Below, piece by piece: positions 28,375-37,358 of a stretch of DNA of 64,000 nucleotides. The stretch is from an uncultured Clostridia bacterium (GTDB lineage: Bacteria > Bacillota > Clostridia > Saccharofermentanales > Saccharofermentanaceae): NCBI GenBank assembly GCA_946611435.1, contig CAMODL010000001.1, forward strand, positions 80,818 to 144,817. Reading direction: 5' to 3'. The translations under genes were made by a program, and so were the position numbers. The stretch's first letter is position 1; every line of letters begins with the position of its first letter. The notes beneath the pieces were generated by a model that made no database searches, was not told the origin of the DNA, and saw nothing but the letters and a program-made list of their open reading frames with translations.

Positions 28375-29142
28375 ATGAATTGTGTTCAATGCGGCAATCC
28401 GCTTCCGGACGGTGCAGTAGTATGCAATAACTGCGGTGCTCCGACAGGTGTTCCCGTACAGCCTCAATTCCAGAGTGCACCGCCGCCGATGGGACAGCCT
28501 GTTCCTGCTCCGATGCCGGGACAGCCTTATATGCAGCCCATGTATCAGCCGGCAGCGCCTGCCATCCAGATGACACCAAGCATGGTACTCAGGATATGCG
28601 CTATCGCTACTGCGGTGATCTATATCATTCTCGGTATCGTTCACGGCAACATGAAGCAGGCAGATCTGTTTGCACCTCATTACTTCGGTTCTGACCTGAT
28701 CTTCTGGCTGGGCATCTTCCCGACGATCCTGTTTGGTCTTCTCATTATCAAGGATCGTAACTTCGATCTGGTAGCATCCATCGGTGCATTTGCTCCGGTA
28801 CTCTATATCACCTTCAGAACATTTAAGGATATCGAAAAGTTCAAGGAGTTCCTCGCAGCTACTTCTGATGTAATGAACAATATCCTTGTTCCCGGGGTAG
28901 CCGGTGTACTCCTTATCATTGTATGTCTCCGTGACGGAGCCCTGGCGCGTCTCTTCTGCAATATAATCGCTGCGATCGAAGGATGGCAGCTGGTAGCCAG
29001 CATGTTCGCTCTGTTCTATTACTTTGGTGTAGACGACACGAGCTTCATGAGACTCGGATCTTTTATGGATATGCTCTTCAACCTGTCTATCATCTTTATT
29101 GCAATGGCATTTAAGATGGAGCGGGATCAAAGCAGGGGCTGA
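28375..29142 (+). CDS. Zinc-ribbon / Pro-Gln-rich / multi-TM membrane protein
   Basis: The N-terminus is MNCVQCGNPLPDGAVVCNNCG. A P/Q-rich linker follows, then about five hydrophobic segments. Confidence 0.7.
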   Translation: MNCVQCGNPLPDGAVVCNNCGAPTGVPVQPQFQSAPPPMGQPVPAPMPGQPYMQPMYQPAAPAIQMTPSMVLRICAIATAVIYIILGIVHGNMKQADLFAPHYFGSDLIFWLGIFPTILFGLLIIKDRNFDLVASIGAFAPVLYITFRTFKDIEKFKEFLAATSDVMNNILVPGVAGVLLIIVCLRDGALARLFCNIIAAIEGWQLVASMFALFYYFGVDDTSFMRLGSFMDMLFNLSIIFIAMAFKMERDQSRG

Positions 29143-29172
29143 TCCGATAGGATAATCAACGTATAGACTAAG

Positions 29173-29208
29173 CCCGCCGGTACTTTTTTGAGGAACCGGC
29201 GGGTTTTG
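29173..29208 (+). terminator. Intrinsic terminator
   Basis: CCCGCCGGT...ACCGGCGGG stem followed by TTTTG. Confidence 0.75.
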
Positions 29209-29324
29209 TAATCTGTTGATCCTTCGGCTGTCCCGGGTATCATCCTCATTTTCCCGGGTAAGTTTTGTTTTGGGACAAATGGTGATAGAATAGTGAGGCT
29301 TATTTAAACACGGAGGATACTTCA

Positions 29325-30557
29325 ATGAGTAAGAATGTTTTCGATACGCTGGAAGAGAGAGGATACTTCTCGCAGGCAACACATAAGGAGGAGATCTACG
29401 ATCTGCTCAGCAAGCCCGGTGTATCTTTCTATATAGGATTTGATCCGACGGCAGACAGCCTTCACGTAGGACACTTTGTCCAGATGATGGTAATGAGCCA
29501 TATGCAGAAGGCAGGGCACAGACCTATTGCACTTATGGGCGGCGGAACCGGAATGATCGGAGACCCGACCGGCAGAACAGACATGAGACAGATGATGACG
29601 GTAGAGACTATCGACCATAATGTCGAGTGCTTCAAGAAGCAGATGGGCAAAGTTGTCGACTTCTCTGACGGCAAGGCGATCATCGTCAATAACGCAGACT
29701 GGCTCAGAGACCTCAACTACATCGAGTTCCTAAGAGAGATCGGTCCGCACTTCTCGGTAAACAAGATGCTCACTGCCGAGTGCTACAAGCAGCGTCTCGA
29801 GAAGGGTCTGTCCTTCCTGGAGTTCAACTATATGCTCATGCAGAGCTACGACTTCTATTACCTCCATAAGAAGTATGACTGCTGCCTCGAGTTAGGCGGC
29901 GACGACCAGTGGTCGAATATCATCGGTGGCGTAGAACTGATCAGACGTAAAGATCAGGCACCTGCATATGGTCTTACATTTACACTCCTTACGAACAGTG
30001 AGGGTAAGAAGATGGGTAAGACTGCCAAGGGTGCTGTCTGGCTCGATCCGAACAAGACTTCCGTCTTCGATTTCTATCAGTACTGGCGTAATATCGACGA
30101 TGCTGATGTCATCAAGTGCATGAAGCTCCTGACATTCCTTGAGATGGATGAGATCAATGAATATGCCAAACTCAAGGATTCAGCCATCAACGAGGCAAAG
30201 AAGAGACTTGCATATGAAGTCACCAAGATCGTGCACGGTGAAGAGCAGGCAGATATCGCCAAGAAGACGACCGAGGATATATACGAGAATCACGGACGTT
30301 CCGAGGATATGAAGACGACAGAGATCAGTTCTTCCGATATCGCAGCAGGTCTTCAGATCGCTGACGTTCTCGTTACCGCGGGTCTTATGAAGTCAAAGGG
30401 TGAGGCAAGAAGAATGATCCAGCAGAAGGGTGTATATCTGAACGATGTTGCTGTCGAGGATCAGTTCTATAATCTGGCGGAGTCTGACTTCGATAAGGAC
30501 GGCGAGGCTATCATTCGTAAGGGCAAGAAGAATTATCACAGATTAAAGCTCGTATAA
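29325..30557 (+). CDS. tyrS: Tyrosine--tRNA ligase
   Basis: 410 aa. It has the HIGH-type motif (DSLHVGHF), KMSKS-type motif (KMGKT) and a C-terminal S4-like domain. Confidence 0.92.
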   Translation: MSKNVFDTLEERGYFSQATHKEEIYDLLSKPGVSFYIGFDPTADSLHVGHFVQMMVMSHMQKAGHRPIALMGGGTGMIGDPTGRTDMRQMMTVETIDHNVECFKKQMGKVVDFSDGKAIIVNNADWLRDLNYIEFLREIGPHFSVNKMLTAECYKQRLEKGLSFLEFNYMLMQSYDFYYLHKKYDCCLELGGDDQWSNIIGGVELIRRKDQAPAYGLTFTLLTNSEGKKMGKTAKGAVWLDPNKTSVFDFYQYWRNIDDADVIKCMKLLTFLEMDEINEYAKLKDSAINEAKKRLAYEVTKIVHGEEQADIAKKTTEDIYENHGRSEDMKTTEISSSDIAAGLQIADVLVTAGLMKSKGEARRMIQQKGVYLNDVAVEDQFYNLAESDFDKDGEAIIRKGKKNYHRLKLV

Positions 30558-30590
30558 GTCATGACCGAGCATTAGAAAAATAGTTATCGG

Positions 30591-30622
30591 GAGACCGTCT
30601 CATCTGTTGGGGCGGTCTTTTG
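30591..30622 (+). terminator. Intrinsic terminator after tyrS
   Basis: GAGACCGTC...GGCGGTCTT stem followed by TTG. Confidence 0.65.
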
Positions 30623-30638
30623 CATGGGATCCAGCTTC

Positions 30639-30833
30639 TTGTCGCAAAGATCCCATTCTCGAAGTTTTGAGACAAGTTTTACTTTGAATTCTTGTCGTAA
30701 ATGTATCGAAAAGTCTCACATGCGATGATTTCTCGCGATAAACATGTCGTAATCTTAAACAATCAACTGAATTACGACAAAAAAAACATCTATTAATCGT
30801 CGCAGATGAGCGAAAATGAGAGTTTTACGACAA
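30639..30833. repeat. Dispersed 9-mer TTGTCGTAA / TTACGACAA motif copies
   Basis: TTGTCGCAA at 30639-30647. TTGTCGTAA at 30692-30700. TGTCGTAAT at 30745-30753. TTACGACAA at 30772-30780 and at 30825-30833. The copies at 30745 and 30771 form a 9-bp inverted repeat with a 17-nt spacer. Confidence 0.75.
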
Positions 30834-31001
30834 GCCGAAGCCGCCGGGTGTCATGCTCAGTTCTTATCTCAGGTGTGCATCCTGCTGCTCGAAATCGGTG
30901 TAACCGGAGCAAATCTCTCAAATTGAGAAAACAGCAAGACAACATCAGTGAAGAATGACAATCAGAGCGAATTGAATAATTGTAATAACCTAACACCATG
31001 C

Positions 31002-31098
31002 AAGTTGTCATGTTCAAAAGTCCCTCAAAGCACTGAAAATGCTGCATTCCTTTCCTGAAGTTGTCATACTTGTCATATTAAAGTTGTCAGTTGACAAG
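31002..31098. repeat. Four AAGTTGTCA-type motif copies, ending in the palindrome TTGTCA-GT-TGACAA
   Basis: AAGTTGTCA at 31002-31010, 31058-31066 and 31081-31089, and CTTGTCA at 31069-31075. The palindrome lies at 31084-31097. Confidence 0.75.
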
Positions 31099-31119
31099 TG
31101 TGTTTTTATCACATAGATT
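31091..31119 (+). promoter_or_regulatory. Putative promoter of the first XRE-TM gene, with the -35 box inside the palindrome
   Basis: TTGACA (31091-31096), a 17-nt spacer, then TAGATT (31114-31119). Confidence 0.4.
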
Positions 31120-31150
31120 CAACTTAAATATACGTATGGAGGATATAGTC

Positions 31151-31717
31151 TTGTCAGGTGTAAAGATTAAAGAATATAGAGAAAAAATGAATTTCTCACA
31201 GAGAGATCTGGCAGGGCTTCTTGGTGTTAGCGTTCGTTCTGTTGCAAGGTGGGAACGGAATATCAGTAAACCCCATCCTGATGAGATGAAAAAGATTACA
31301 AAAATTACGGGGATCACGGAGGACGAGCTGCTTAGATCTGATGATACATCGTATGAATCTAAGAAAACGGTTTTGGATGAGATAGCAGACGGAGTTGGTA
31401 ATCTCGTAACCGGACAAGACATCATAAATGAATCACTGAATATAAATCATAATGAGTTGGTAAAAGAACTCCAAGCACAGAATGAGCAGTTACTTTCTAT
31501 CATCGATTCGTACAAAGCTGCTTTGGATTCAAGTAGGAATGATCTTCGTCAAAAGAGAATAAGGACGATAACAATATTGATTACATGTCTATTAATCCTG
31601 ATATTGATTTTTGGAACATGGCTTTATTGGAGAAATCACGGTTTTGACGGAAGGGTCATTGAAGGATCAGCTGAATTAGGGACACCGTCGTACAATCAAG
31701 TCGATGATGGACAATAA
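31151..31717 (+). CDS. Membrane-anchored XRE-family HTH regulator (HTH, coiled coil, single TM, short external tail), paralog 1
   Basis: The HTH is IKEYREKMNFSQRDLAGLLGVSVRSVARWERN and the TM is ITILITCLLILILIFGTWLYW. The likely start is TTG at 31151, 8 nt after GGAGG. The ORF track starts further upstream at 31091. Confidence 0.75.
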   Translation: MSGVKIKEYREKMNFSQRDLAGLLGVSVRSVARWERNISKPHPDEMKKITKITGITEDELLRSDDTSYESKKTVLDEIADGVGNLVTGQDIINESLNINHNELVKELQAQNEQLLSIIDSYKAALDSSRNDLRQKRIRTITILITCLLILILIFGTWLYWRNHGFDGRVIEGSAELGTPSYNQVDDGQ

Positions 31718-31735
31718 AAACGGAGGTATAAACCC

Positions 31736-32332
31736 ATGAAGAAAGTATTAGCAACATTATTGACAATATCGGTTATATTTTGCGTTTTGGGGATACCCGA
31801 CTCTTCGTGCAGAGCTTCCGAGTCTGAATTCAGCCTCATTGAGTATCTCGAGACACATGATATAAACAGTTATTCCGAGTTTAGAGAAGTTATTGAATCA
31901 AATTGTCCTTATTCGAAAACTGAAGATAGTATAGACTCTGACGATATCACATATTTCAGCATAGAGATAGATTATGAGGATATGACTGTATCAGTGACAA
32001 CAATGGGAGATGCATCGCTTGATAGATCACAGGAAGCAAGTAACAGCGCCTCGAAGACATATTATGCTTCGAACGGGCTTCCTATATTCACAATTCATGT
32101 AGATGGCTCTTTTATCTATATGGCAGGTTCTTGTAATGCAACATCTGCTAGTGGTTCTTTCAACAGAGCGGCACTAAGCACATGGACCAGTAATCCGACC
32201 ATATCTTCAGGAAATATAACCGCAAGCAAAGCTTATGTGCGTATATATGGAATAGCTTCAAGTAATGGTCAGAGCAAATCATATACACTAACACTTACAT
32301 GTGACAGTACAGGACACTTCACAAGCTATTGA
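31736..32332 (+). CDS. Secreted protein of unknown function
   Basis: SD ACGGAGG upstream. Signal peptide MKKVLATLLTISVIFCVLG. 198 aa. The C-terminal half is Ser/Thr/Gly-rich. Confidence 0.65.
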   Translation: MKKVLATLLTISVIFCVLGIPDSSCRASESEFSLIEYLETHDINSYSEFREVIESNCPYSKTEDSIDSDDITYFSIEIDYEDMTVSVTTMGDASLDRSQEASNSASKTYYASNGLPIFTIHVDGSFIYMAGSCNATSASGSFNRAALSTWTSNPTISSGNITASKAYVRIYGIASSNGQSKSYTLTLTCDSTGHFTSY

Positions 32333-32363
32333 CAGACAGATAAGAACAAGGAGGTACAGACCC

Positions 32364-32480
32364 ATGGGCTACATATCAGGCTGTATCGACATAAAAGAAG
32401 ACTCGCACTGCAATACGAGTCTTCGGGTCAGATACAGCAAGGCGCAGGAGCCTCAACACCATCTGAGCACATTTACTTAA
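32364..32480 (+). CDS. Candidate small ORF (38 aa), absent from the ORF track
   Basis: AAGGAGG lies 7 nt upstream of the ATG. The peptide is MGYISGCIDIKEDSHCNTSLRVRYSKAQEPQHHLSTFT. I have no homology evidence. Confidence 0.35.
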   Translation: MGYISGCIDIKEDSHCNTSLRVRYSKAQEPQHHLSTFT

Positions 32481-32545
32481 TAACACAGAATGGCTGTTGA
32501 GGCAAGGACTGAATGAGCGATATTGAATTGCAGAAAGAGTTCATT

Positions 32546-32953
32546 ATGTTAAAGAAAAAACTATTATCCGTGGTCGTTGCATCAGTTATGCTTGTCGCCA
32601 TGGCTTTCTCTGTAAGTGCAGCTTCAAGAGTGACTGGAACATATTCTACTTCAGGCGGTAATATGTCTTACAACGGTTCGCAGACAGTTAGCGGCGCGTG
32701 TATCTACTATTATTTGCGACTGAATTCCGTGTCGTTTAATGGGCTACCGTCAAACACTTTCCCAAGCAATGCATATGTGCATCTTTCAATCTGTAAGAAC
32801 AAGTCTGAAAAAGCAAGCAAGAATTTCTACAGTTGTTATGGACATACGGGTTCGTATTCACAGAGTGGCGGTACATATCAGTTAGGTTTATCTTCAAATT
32901 CAACTTTGGGTTTAACTGTCGGAGCAACATGGAATGCGCAGGAAATACTGTAA
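32546..32953 (+). CDS. Small secreted protein of unknown function
   Basis: Signal peptide MLKKKLLSVVVASVMLVAMAFSVSAAS, from the internal ATG at 32546. The ORF track starts at 32513. Confidence 0.6.
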   Translation: MLKKKLLSVVVASVMLVAMAFSVSAASRVTGTYSTSGGNMSYNGSQTVSGACIYYYLRLNSVSFNGLPSNTFPSNAYVHLSICKNKSEKASKNFYSCYGHTGSYSQSGGTYQLGLSSNSTLGLTVGATWNAQEIL

Positions 32954-33992
32954 AACCGTTGTATTATTGATCGTTTTGTTGACCATGTGTTCATGCAAAA
33001 ACGGTAAAAACGTCGAGGATGATTCTTCATCCTCGACAGTTTCTGTTGCTCAGACGATAGAGGACATCGAGCAGAGCAGCATAACGGATATTGGGCAGGT
33101 GCGTATCCTCAACGTTAACGGAAATGAAGATGAGATACCAAGCAGCGTATCTGTGTACAGAATCCGGATATGTGACAATTCAGATGATAACCGTCGATGC
33201 AGTATCAGTAACATCGAAGACGGAATACAGGTAACCCAATATACTCTTCCGTTTTATACCGGAGGTGCTTACGAGAATAACAACGATATACCATATGAAA
33301 CTATAAAACAGGAAGATCTTCGGTGTTTTACAGATTCTATTCATGTCGGCAATTCGGAAGAAGGACAAATAACCATTGAATCAGAATATGAATCTGTATA
33401 TCTGATATTCCGATTGCCATATTATTCCGATTTTATCAGTTTGACATTTGGAGATGATGGCGCGGAAATAGCTACCGGTGTTGAGTTATCCTGCGTGTTT
33501 GTCAGACAGTCAGTTGAAGATCTTCCAATCGGAATGCCATACATATATCAAACTGATACGAATTACGATTATGTATGGAATGAAGATATAAGGGGTATTG
33601 CACACCCTGAAGCATCAGTATCTCCCCAGTATTATGTTAGTGACTCAATATACATAGTTGATAATCTGGAGTACGATCTTGAACCGGTCGAATCGGATGT
33701 CGGAATCATACCTTTTGAAGAGTGTGTTGACGGGATCAATGAATCCATTAACCGAATGAATGTGGACAATCACCTATATGATATCACTCCATATGCGGCC
33801 GAGTTATGTTATGTTCCGATATTATCTTTCGATTCCGGAGGAGTTGTAACTGATGAGAACGGACTGAAAGTATACTATCTTGTTCCTTGCTGGGTAGTTT
33901 ATTATCAGAACAATATAGACGGAAACTCTAATACCAGATTTGCCGGAACTGTAATTGTAAATGCCTCTACTGGGCAGATGATGATGGAGTAG
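32934..33992 (+). CDS. Lipoprotein of unknown function with a PepSY-like C-terminal signature
   Basis: Lipobox LLTMCSCKNG. The C-terminus (LVPCWVVYY...GTVIVNASTGQ) resembles PepSY-type beta-sheet ends, which is an inference. It overlaps the preceding gene by 20 nt. Confidence 0.65.
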   Translation: MRRKYCKTVVLLIVLLTMCSCKNGKNVEDDSSSSTVSVAQTIEDIEQSSITDIGQVRILNVNGNEDEIPSSVSVYRIRICDNSDDNRRCSISNIEDGIQVTQYTLPFYTGGAYENNNDIPYETIKQEDLRCFTDSIHVGNSEEGQITIESEYESVYLIFRLPYYSDFISLTFGDDGAEIATGVELSCVFVRQSVEDLPIGMPYIYQTDTNYDYVWNEDIRGIAHPEASVSPQYYVSDSIYIVDNLEYDLEPVESDVGIIPFEECVDGINESINRMNVDNHLYDITPYAAELCYVPILSFDSGGVVTDENGLKVYYLVPCWVVYYQNNIDGNSNTRFAGTVIVNASTGQMMME

Positions 33993-33997
33993 GATGA

Positions 33998-36163
33998 ATG
34001 ATCAAGAACTGTTGTAAGAAGGGAATCTCTCTGTTGATCGTATCAGCGTTAGCTGTTCCTTTAATCTCGTGTTCCAAAAAGGATGAGGAATCCTGGGTAA
34101 AGATCAATGAACGGCGAGGATATAAAGTCCATGATTGTATTATCGATAATGACTGTACGTATATTACCGAGATAGACAACGTGTTCAATTATGATGATCA
34201 TTATTATGTCTGTGTATCGTATCATAATGACTCTGATGAAGGCATTTCAGATGAATTGATCAGGTCTGTGTATGTGTTAGATTCTGAAGATAATGTTGTG
34301 GATACTATCAGGCTGTCGGATAACGAGCTGCCTCAGTGTATTGTAGATGATAAATATGTCCGTGTTGACAACAAGAATAAATATGAATACTCCCTGTCAG
34401 ACGGGTCGTTGATCAATACTGTCGAAATATCTGCTTCAGGTGCCGTGTCTGCTGTTCCTACAACAAATGGATACATCGTTTTCGCTCGTGAAAGGATAGT
34501 TAAATATGATAACAATGATAATGAGATTGGATTTGTTACATTAACTGACTCTGTTTATCCGAGTGCTATGTCATCTTATTATGAAGACAACGGTAAAGAA
34601 TACATTGTTATTCCCGATACGTTTTACGACAATTATTATGAAGTTGACTTTGATTCGGATATCATAAATCTTGTTTTATCGACAAGTGAAATAAGCGAGA
34701 AACTCGGCATAAGCAATGGTAATCATATTATTGACGGGACGGCAGACTATAAAGTTGACATCAGTAATAAAACCATAGAGATCCTGGCGGATTTTGATTA
34801 TGTGAATATAAAACCTGAAGGCAGCGGATGCCAGTCAACAACTTATTATCCTTTTGATGATAATAGCTTTGCAGTCGGGTACGGTTACTATGGCGGGAGT
34901 ATAGAGATTCAGATCATGGAGTATGACAGCAGTATCGACTATAGCAATATGGAAGAGATCGAGATCGGCGGCTTTGACCTGTCATACGATCTTCCTCTCA
35001 AATGGGCTATTTATAAATTCAATACTTCCCAAGATCGATACAGGGTTATCACTACCGATTATACTAATATATTTAATTGGATGAATGGATCCGAGGCTCA
35101 GGTTGTTACGGCAGAAATGATCTCGTACTTCAATGACGGGAATGCTCCTGATATCTTCTACGGTTCGTTCTTTGACTATCGTAATCTATATAATTCGGGA
35201 TTAGTAATAGACATGGCTCCTTACTGTATGGGGTACAAAGCATTTGAATCGGGTTTTATGCCGGAAAACATCGAGAAGCTTATGTTGAATGACGATGTTT
35301 GCTACAGTGTATTTGCAGCTTTTTACTTAAGCGGATATTGGGGTAAGGCGGATATCTTTAATACAAATGACGTTTCCATTTACGATATGCAGGCTCTGTC
35401 AGAAGAGACCGGAATACTTCCGATGGCGGGAGAGTATTCTCGAAATATCGCTGATTCTGTCTTAAGATATTCTGTCGATATGCGTGTTGATGATCCGTAT
35501 TCCGAGCATGTGTATGGTACCGAAGAGTTGGTCGATACTTTGGAATATGCAATTGAATACGGAATACCGACCGGATCGACTCCCGGGGAATTGCCAAACT
35601 TTGACTTGGTACGCGCGGATCAGTATCTATCATGCTTAAGCTTTATGAATAGTATTTATGACTTGAATTATTACGTAAGAGGTTCCGAAGGCGGATTTGT
35701 ATATATCGGTTATCCGTCAATCGACGGGTCAGTTCGACTGGCAAATCCTGTCGGACAGGTCAGTATATCATCTAGTTCAGAGAGACCTGACATATGCTGG
35801 CAGTTTATCTCAATGCTGTTTGATGAAGATGTCCAAAGGATTATTGCGACAAATCAGAGCATTCCCGTATCAAGACAGGTGCTTGATGAATTGAGTGAAT
35901 CAACAAGTCATCCGGAGACAGTTGATCCTGAATCTCCGTTTTATTCTTATGTACACAGATTGCCTCCTGTCGATGAAGTTACAGTCGAGCTTTTTAATGA
36001 ATCTGTTGAATCTGTTAACACTTTGCTTTCTTATGATTGGGGTGTTTATAACATTATCTGCGAAGAAGTTGATTCATATGATCTGCAGGGTAAAACCATA
36101 CAGGACATAGCTGAATCACTGCAATCAAGAATCGATCTGTATGTATCGGAAAACTACCGGTAG
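33998..36163 (+). CDS. Large lipoprotein whose C-terminal half resembles family-1 extracellular solute-binding proteins (tentative)
   Basis: Lipobox VPLISCSKK. Segments such as GNAPDIFYGSFFDYRNLYNSGLVIDMAPY and the C-terminal ...GKTIQDIAESLQSRIDLYVSENY resemble large Firmicutes SBPs. No ABC permease or ATPase gene is nearby. Confidence 0.65.
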   Translation: MIKNCCKKGISLLIVSALAVPLISCSKKDEESWVKINERRGYKVHDCIIDNDCTYITEIDNVFNYDDHYYVCVSYHNDSDEGISDELIRSVYVLDSEDNVVDTIRLSDNELPQCIVDDKYVRVDNKNKYEYSLSDGSLINTVEISASGAVSAVPTTNGYIVFARERIVKYDNNDNEIGFVTLTDSVYPSAMSSYYEDNGKEYIVIPDTFYDNYYEVDFDSDIINLVLSTSEISEKLGISNGNHIIDGTADYKVDISNKTIEILADFDYVNIKPEGSGCQSTTYYPFDDNSFAVGYGYYGGSIEIQIMEYDSSIDYSNMEEIEIGGFDLSYDLPLKWAIYKFNTSQDRYRVITTDYTNIFNWMNGSEAQVVTAEMISYFNDGNAPDIFYGSFFDYRNLYNSGLVIDMAPYCMGYKAFESGFMPENIEKLMLNDDVCYSVFAAFYLSGYWGKADIFNTNDVSIYDMQALSEETGILPMAGEYSRNIADSVLRYSVDMRVDDPYSEHVYGTEELVDTLEYAIEYGIPTGSTPGELPNFDLVRADQYLSCLSFMNSIYDLNYYVRGSEGGFVYIGYPSIDGSVRLANPVGQVSISSSSERPDICWQFISMLFDEDVQRIIATNQSIPVSRQVLDELSESTSHPETVDPESPFYSYVHRLPPVDEVTVELFNESVESVNTLLSYDWGVYNIICEEVDSYDLQGKTIQDIAESLQSRIDLYVSENYR

Positions 36164-36192
36164 ATTACCAGAATTAGTGGGAGTAAACGACA

Positions 36193-36476
36193 GTGTTCAG
36201 GAGTAAAGCACATCAAAACACTATTGTTATCCTTCTGACGATCATACTGTCAGGGATTCATCTGACAGGATGTTCGAAGGGTGAGAATGAACGGAAGATC
36301 CGTTATATTGACGAGAATACTCCGTGGTATGAGTGTGAAACGATTACGTACGATCTGTGTATGTGATGATCAATGAGGAGCTGGAGACGTATGATCTCCA
36401 GGGCAAACCGATAGAGGACATTGCCGATGTGCTGTATTCCAAGCTGAGCCTGTATGCGAGTGAGCATTATTCATAG
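36193..36476 (+). pseudogene. Internally deleted remnant of a paralog of the 33998..36163 lipoprotein
   Basis: The GTG at 36193 gives a lipoprotein leader (...LLTIILSGIHLTGCSKGENERK...) that stops at 36364-36366. The overlapping frame from 36366 reads MINEELETYDLQGKPIEDIADVLYSKLSLYASEHYS*. That aligns with the last 36 aa of the 721-aa protein (...EEVDSYDLQGKTIQDIAESLQSRIDLYVSENYR*). Confidence 0.6.
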
Positions 36477-36480
36477 AAGA

Positions 36481-36548
36481 ACATGTCACATATAAAAAAC
36501 CGGTGGAAGCTTGAATTAATTGAGTTTGCCCAGGCAGATGTGACATGT
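36481..36548. repeat. Perfect 11-bp inverted repeat ACATGTCACAT / ATGTGACATGT with a 46-nt spacer
   Basis: The arms lie at 36481-36491 and 36538-36548. It sits between the remnant and the second XRE-TM gene. Confidence 0.8.
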
Positions 36549-36625
36549 GTCGCAAATAAATGTCACTTGACGAAATACAGTTTTTTATTCAGACTGAGAA
36601 TATACCTATAAGGAGGATCAGGGTC

Positions 36626-37312
36626 TTGTTCGGAGAGCAGCTTAAATCTTATAGAATGAAGAATGGGTATTCTCAGAAGAGAATGGCTGAGATCCTCGGT
36701 GTCAGTTCCCGCACGATAATAAGGTGGGAGCTGAATTGTACTGAACCCGATCAGGAAGAGATAAAAAGGATCTCATCCAAGCTAAATCTGAACGAATGTC
36801 GCTTTTTGTTTGACGAAGGCCGATCTGTCTCTTTTGTGTCCTCTCTGTCAAACAGTAAAGATCTTGCCAAGATAAACGATAATATCGATAAACTTATAAG
36901 CAGACAGGATGCGCTCAGCGAGACACTTGCTTCATACTGTAGTGAGCAGGCAAATATTATCCGTGAACTGAAAGATCAGAACCAAAAGCTTATGGATAAG
37001 CTTGAAGAGCAGGCAGCTGTTATATCTTCCTGTGAGATCGCTCTTGATATGAATGAGTTCGGTAAAGGGCGTAAGAAGGCCCACAAGAAAGCACTTGCTA
37101 TATGCGGTTCAGTTGCTGCCGCCGTGATCCTTCTGGTTGGTGGGGTAGTATTAAATAAAAATGTGAGCCTGGGGAACAAAGAAGATGAATCCTCCAATAT
37201 GAGTCTTTACGAGTTTAAGCAGATATTGAATAACGGCTATACAGGAGAGATCATCGAAGGCCCCGCGATAATGGGGACGCCCACATATTTTGAGATAGAC
37301 GATGGAATGTGA
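36626..37312 (+). CDS. Membrane-anchored XRE-family HTH regulator, paralog 2
   Basis: The HTH is LKSYRMKNGYSQKRMAEILGVSSRTIIRWELN and the TM is ALAICGSVAAAVILLVGGVVL. The likely start is TTG at 36626, 9 nt after AAGGAGG. The ORF track starts at 36560. Confidence 0.75.
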   Translation: MFGEQLKSYRMKNGYSQKRMAEILGVSSRTIIRWELNCTEPDQEEIKRISSKLNLNECRFLFDEGRSVSFVSSLSNSKDLAKINDNIDKLISRQDALSETLASYCSEQANIIRELKDQNQKLMDKLEEQAAVISSCEIALDMNEFGKGRKKAHKKALAICGSVAAAVILLVGGVVLNKNVSLGNKEDESSNMSLYEFKQILNNGYTGEIIEGPAIMGTPTYFEIDDGM

Positions 37313-37322
37313 GAATTATTAA

Positions 37323-37358
37323 CACCCCGAACCTCGGATTTAATGAAGGTTCGGGGTG
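37323..37358. terminator. Bidirectional terminator between convergent genes
   Basis: CACCCCGAACC...GGTTCGGGGTG stem. Confidence 0.75.

Noticed and set aside
29143-29324. Expected T-box riboswitch upstream of tyrS
   Set aside because: The leader is too short (about 115 nt after the upstream terminator). By eye it has no T-box consensus or specifier structure. The absence is reported as a finding instead.
28105-29382. 425-aa minus-strand ORF spanning the trxB end, the zinc-ribbon membrane gene and the tyrS start
   Set aside because: It crosses two terminators and an intergenic region, and it runs antisense to three supported genes. It has no SD and no recognisable domain.
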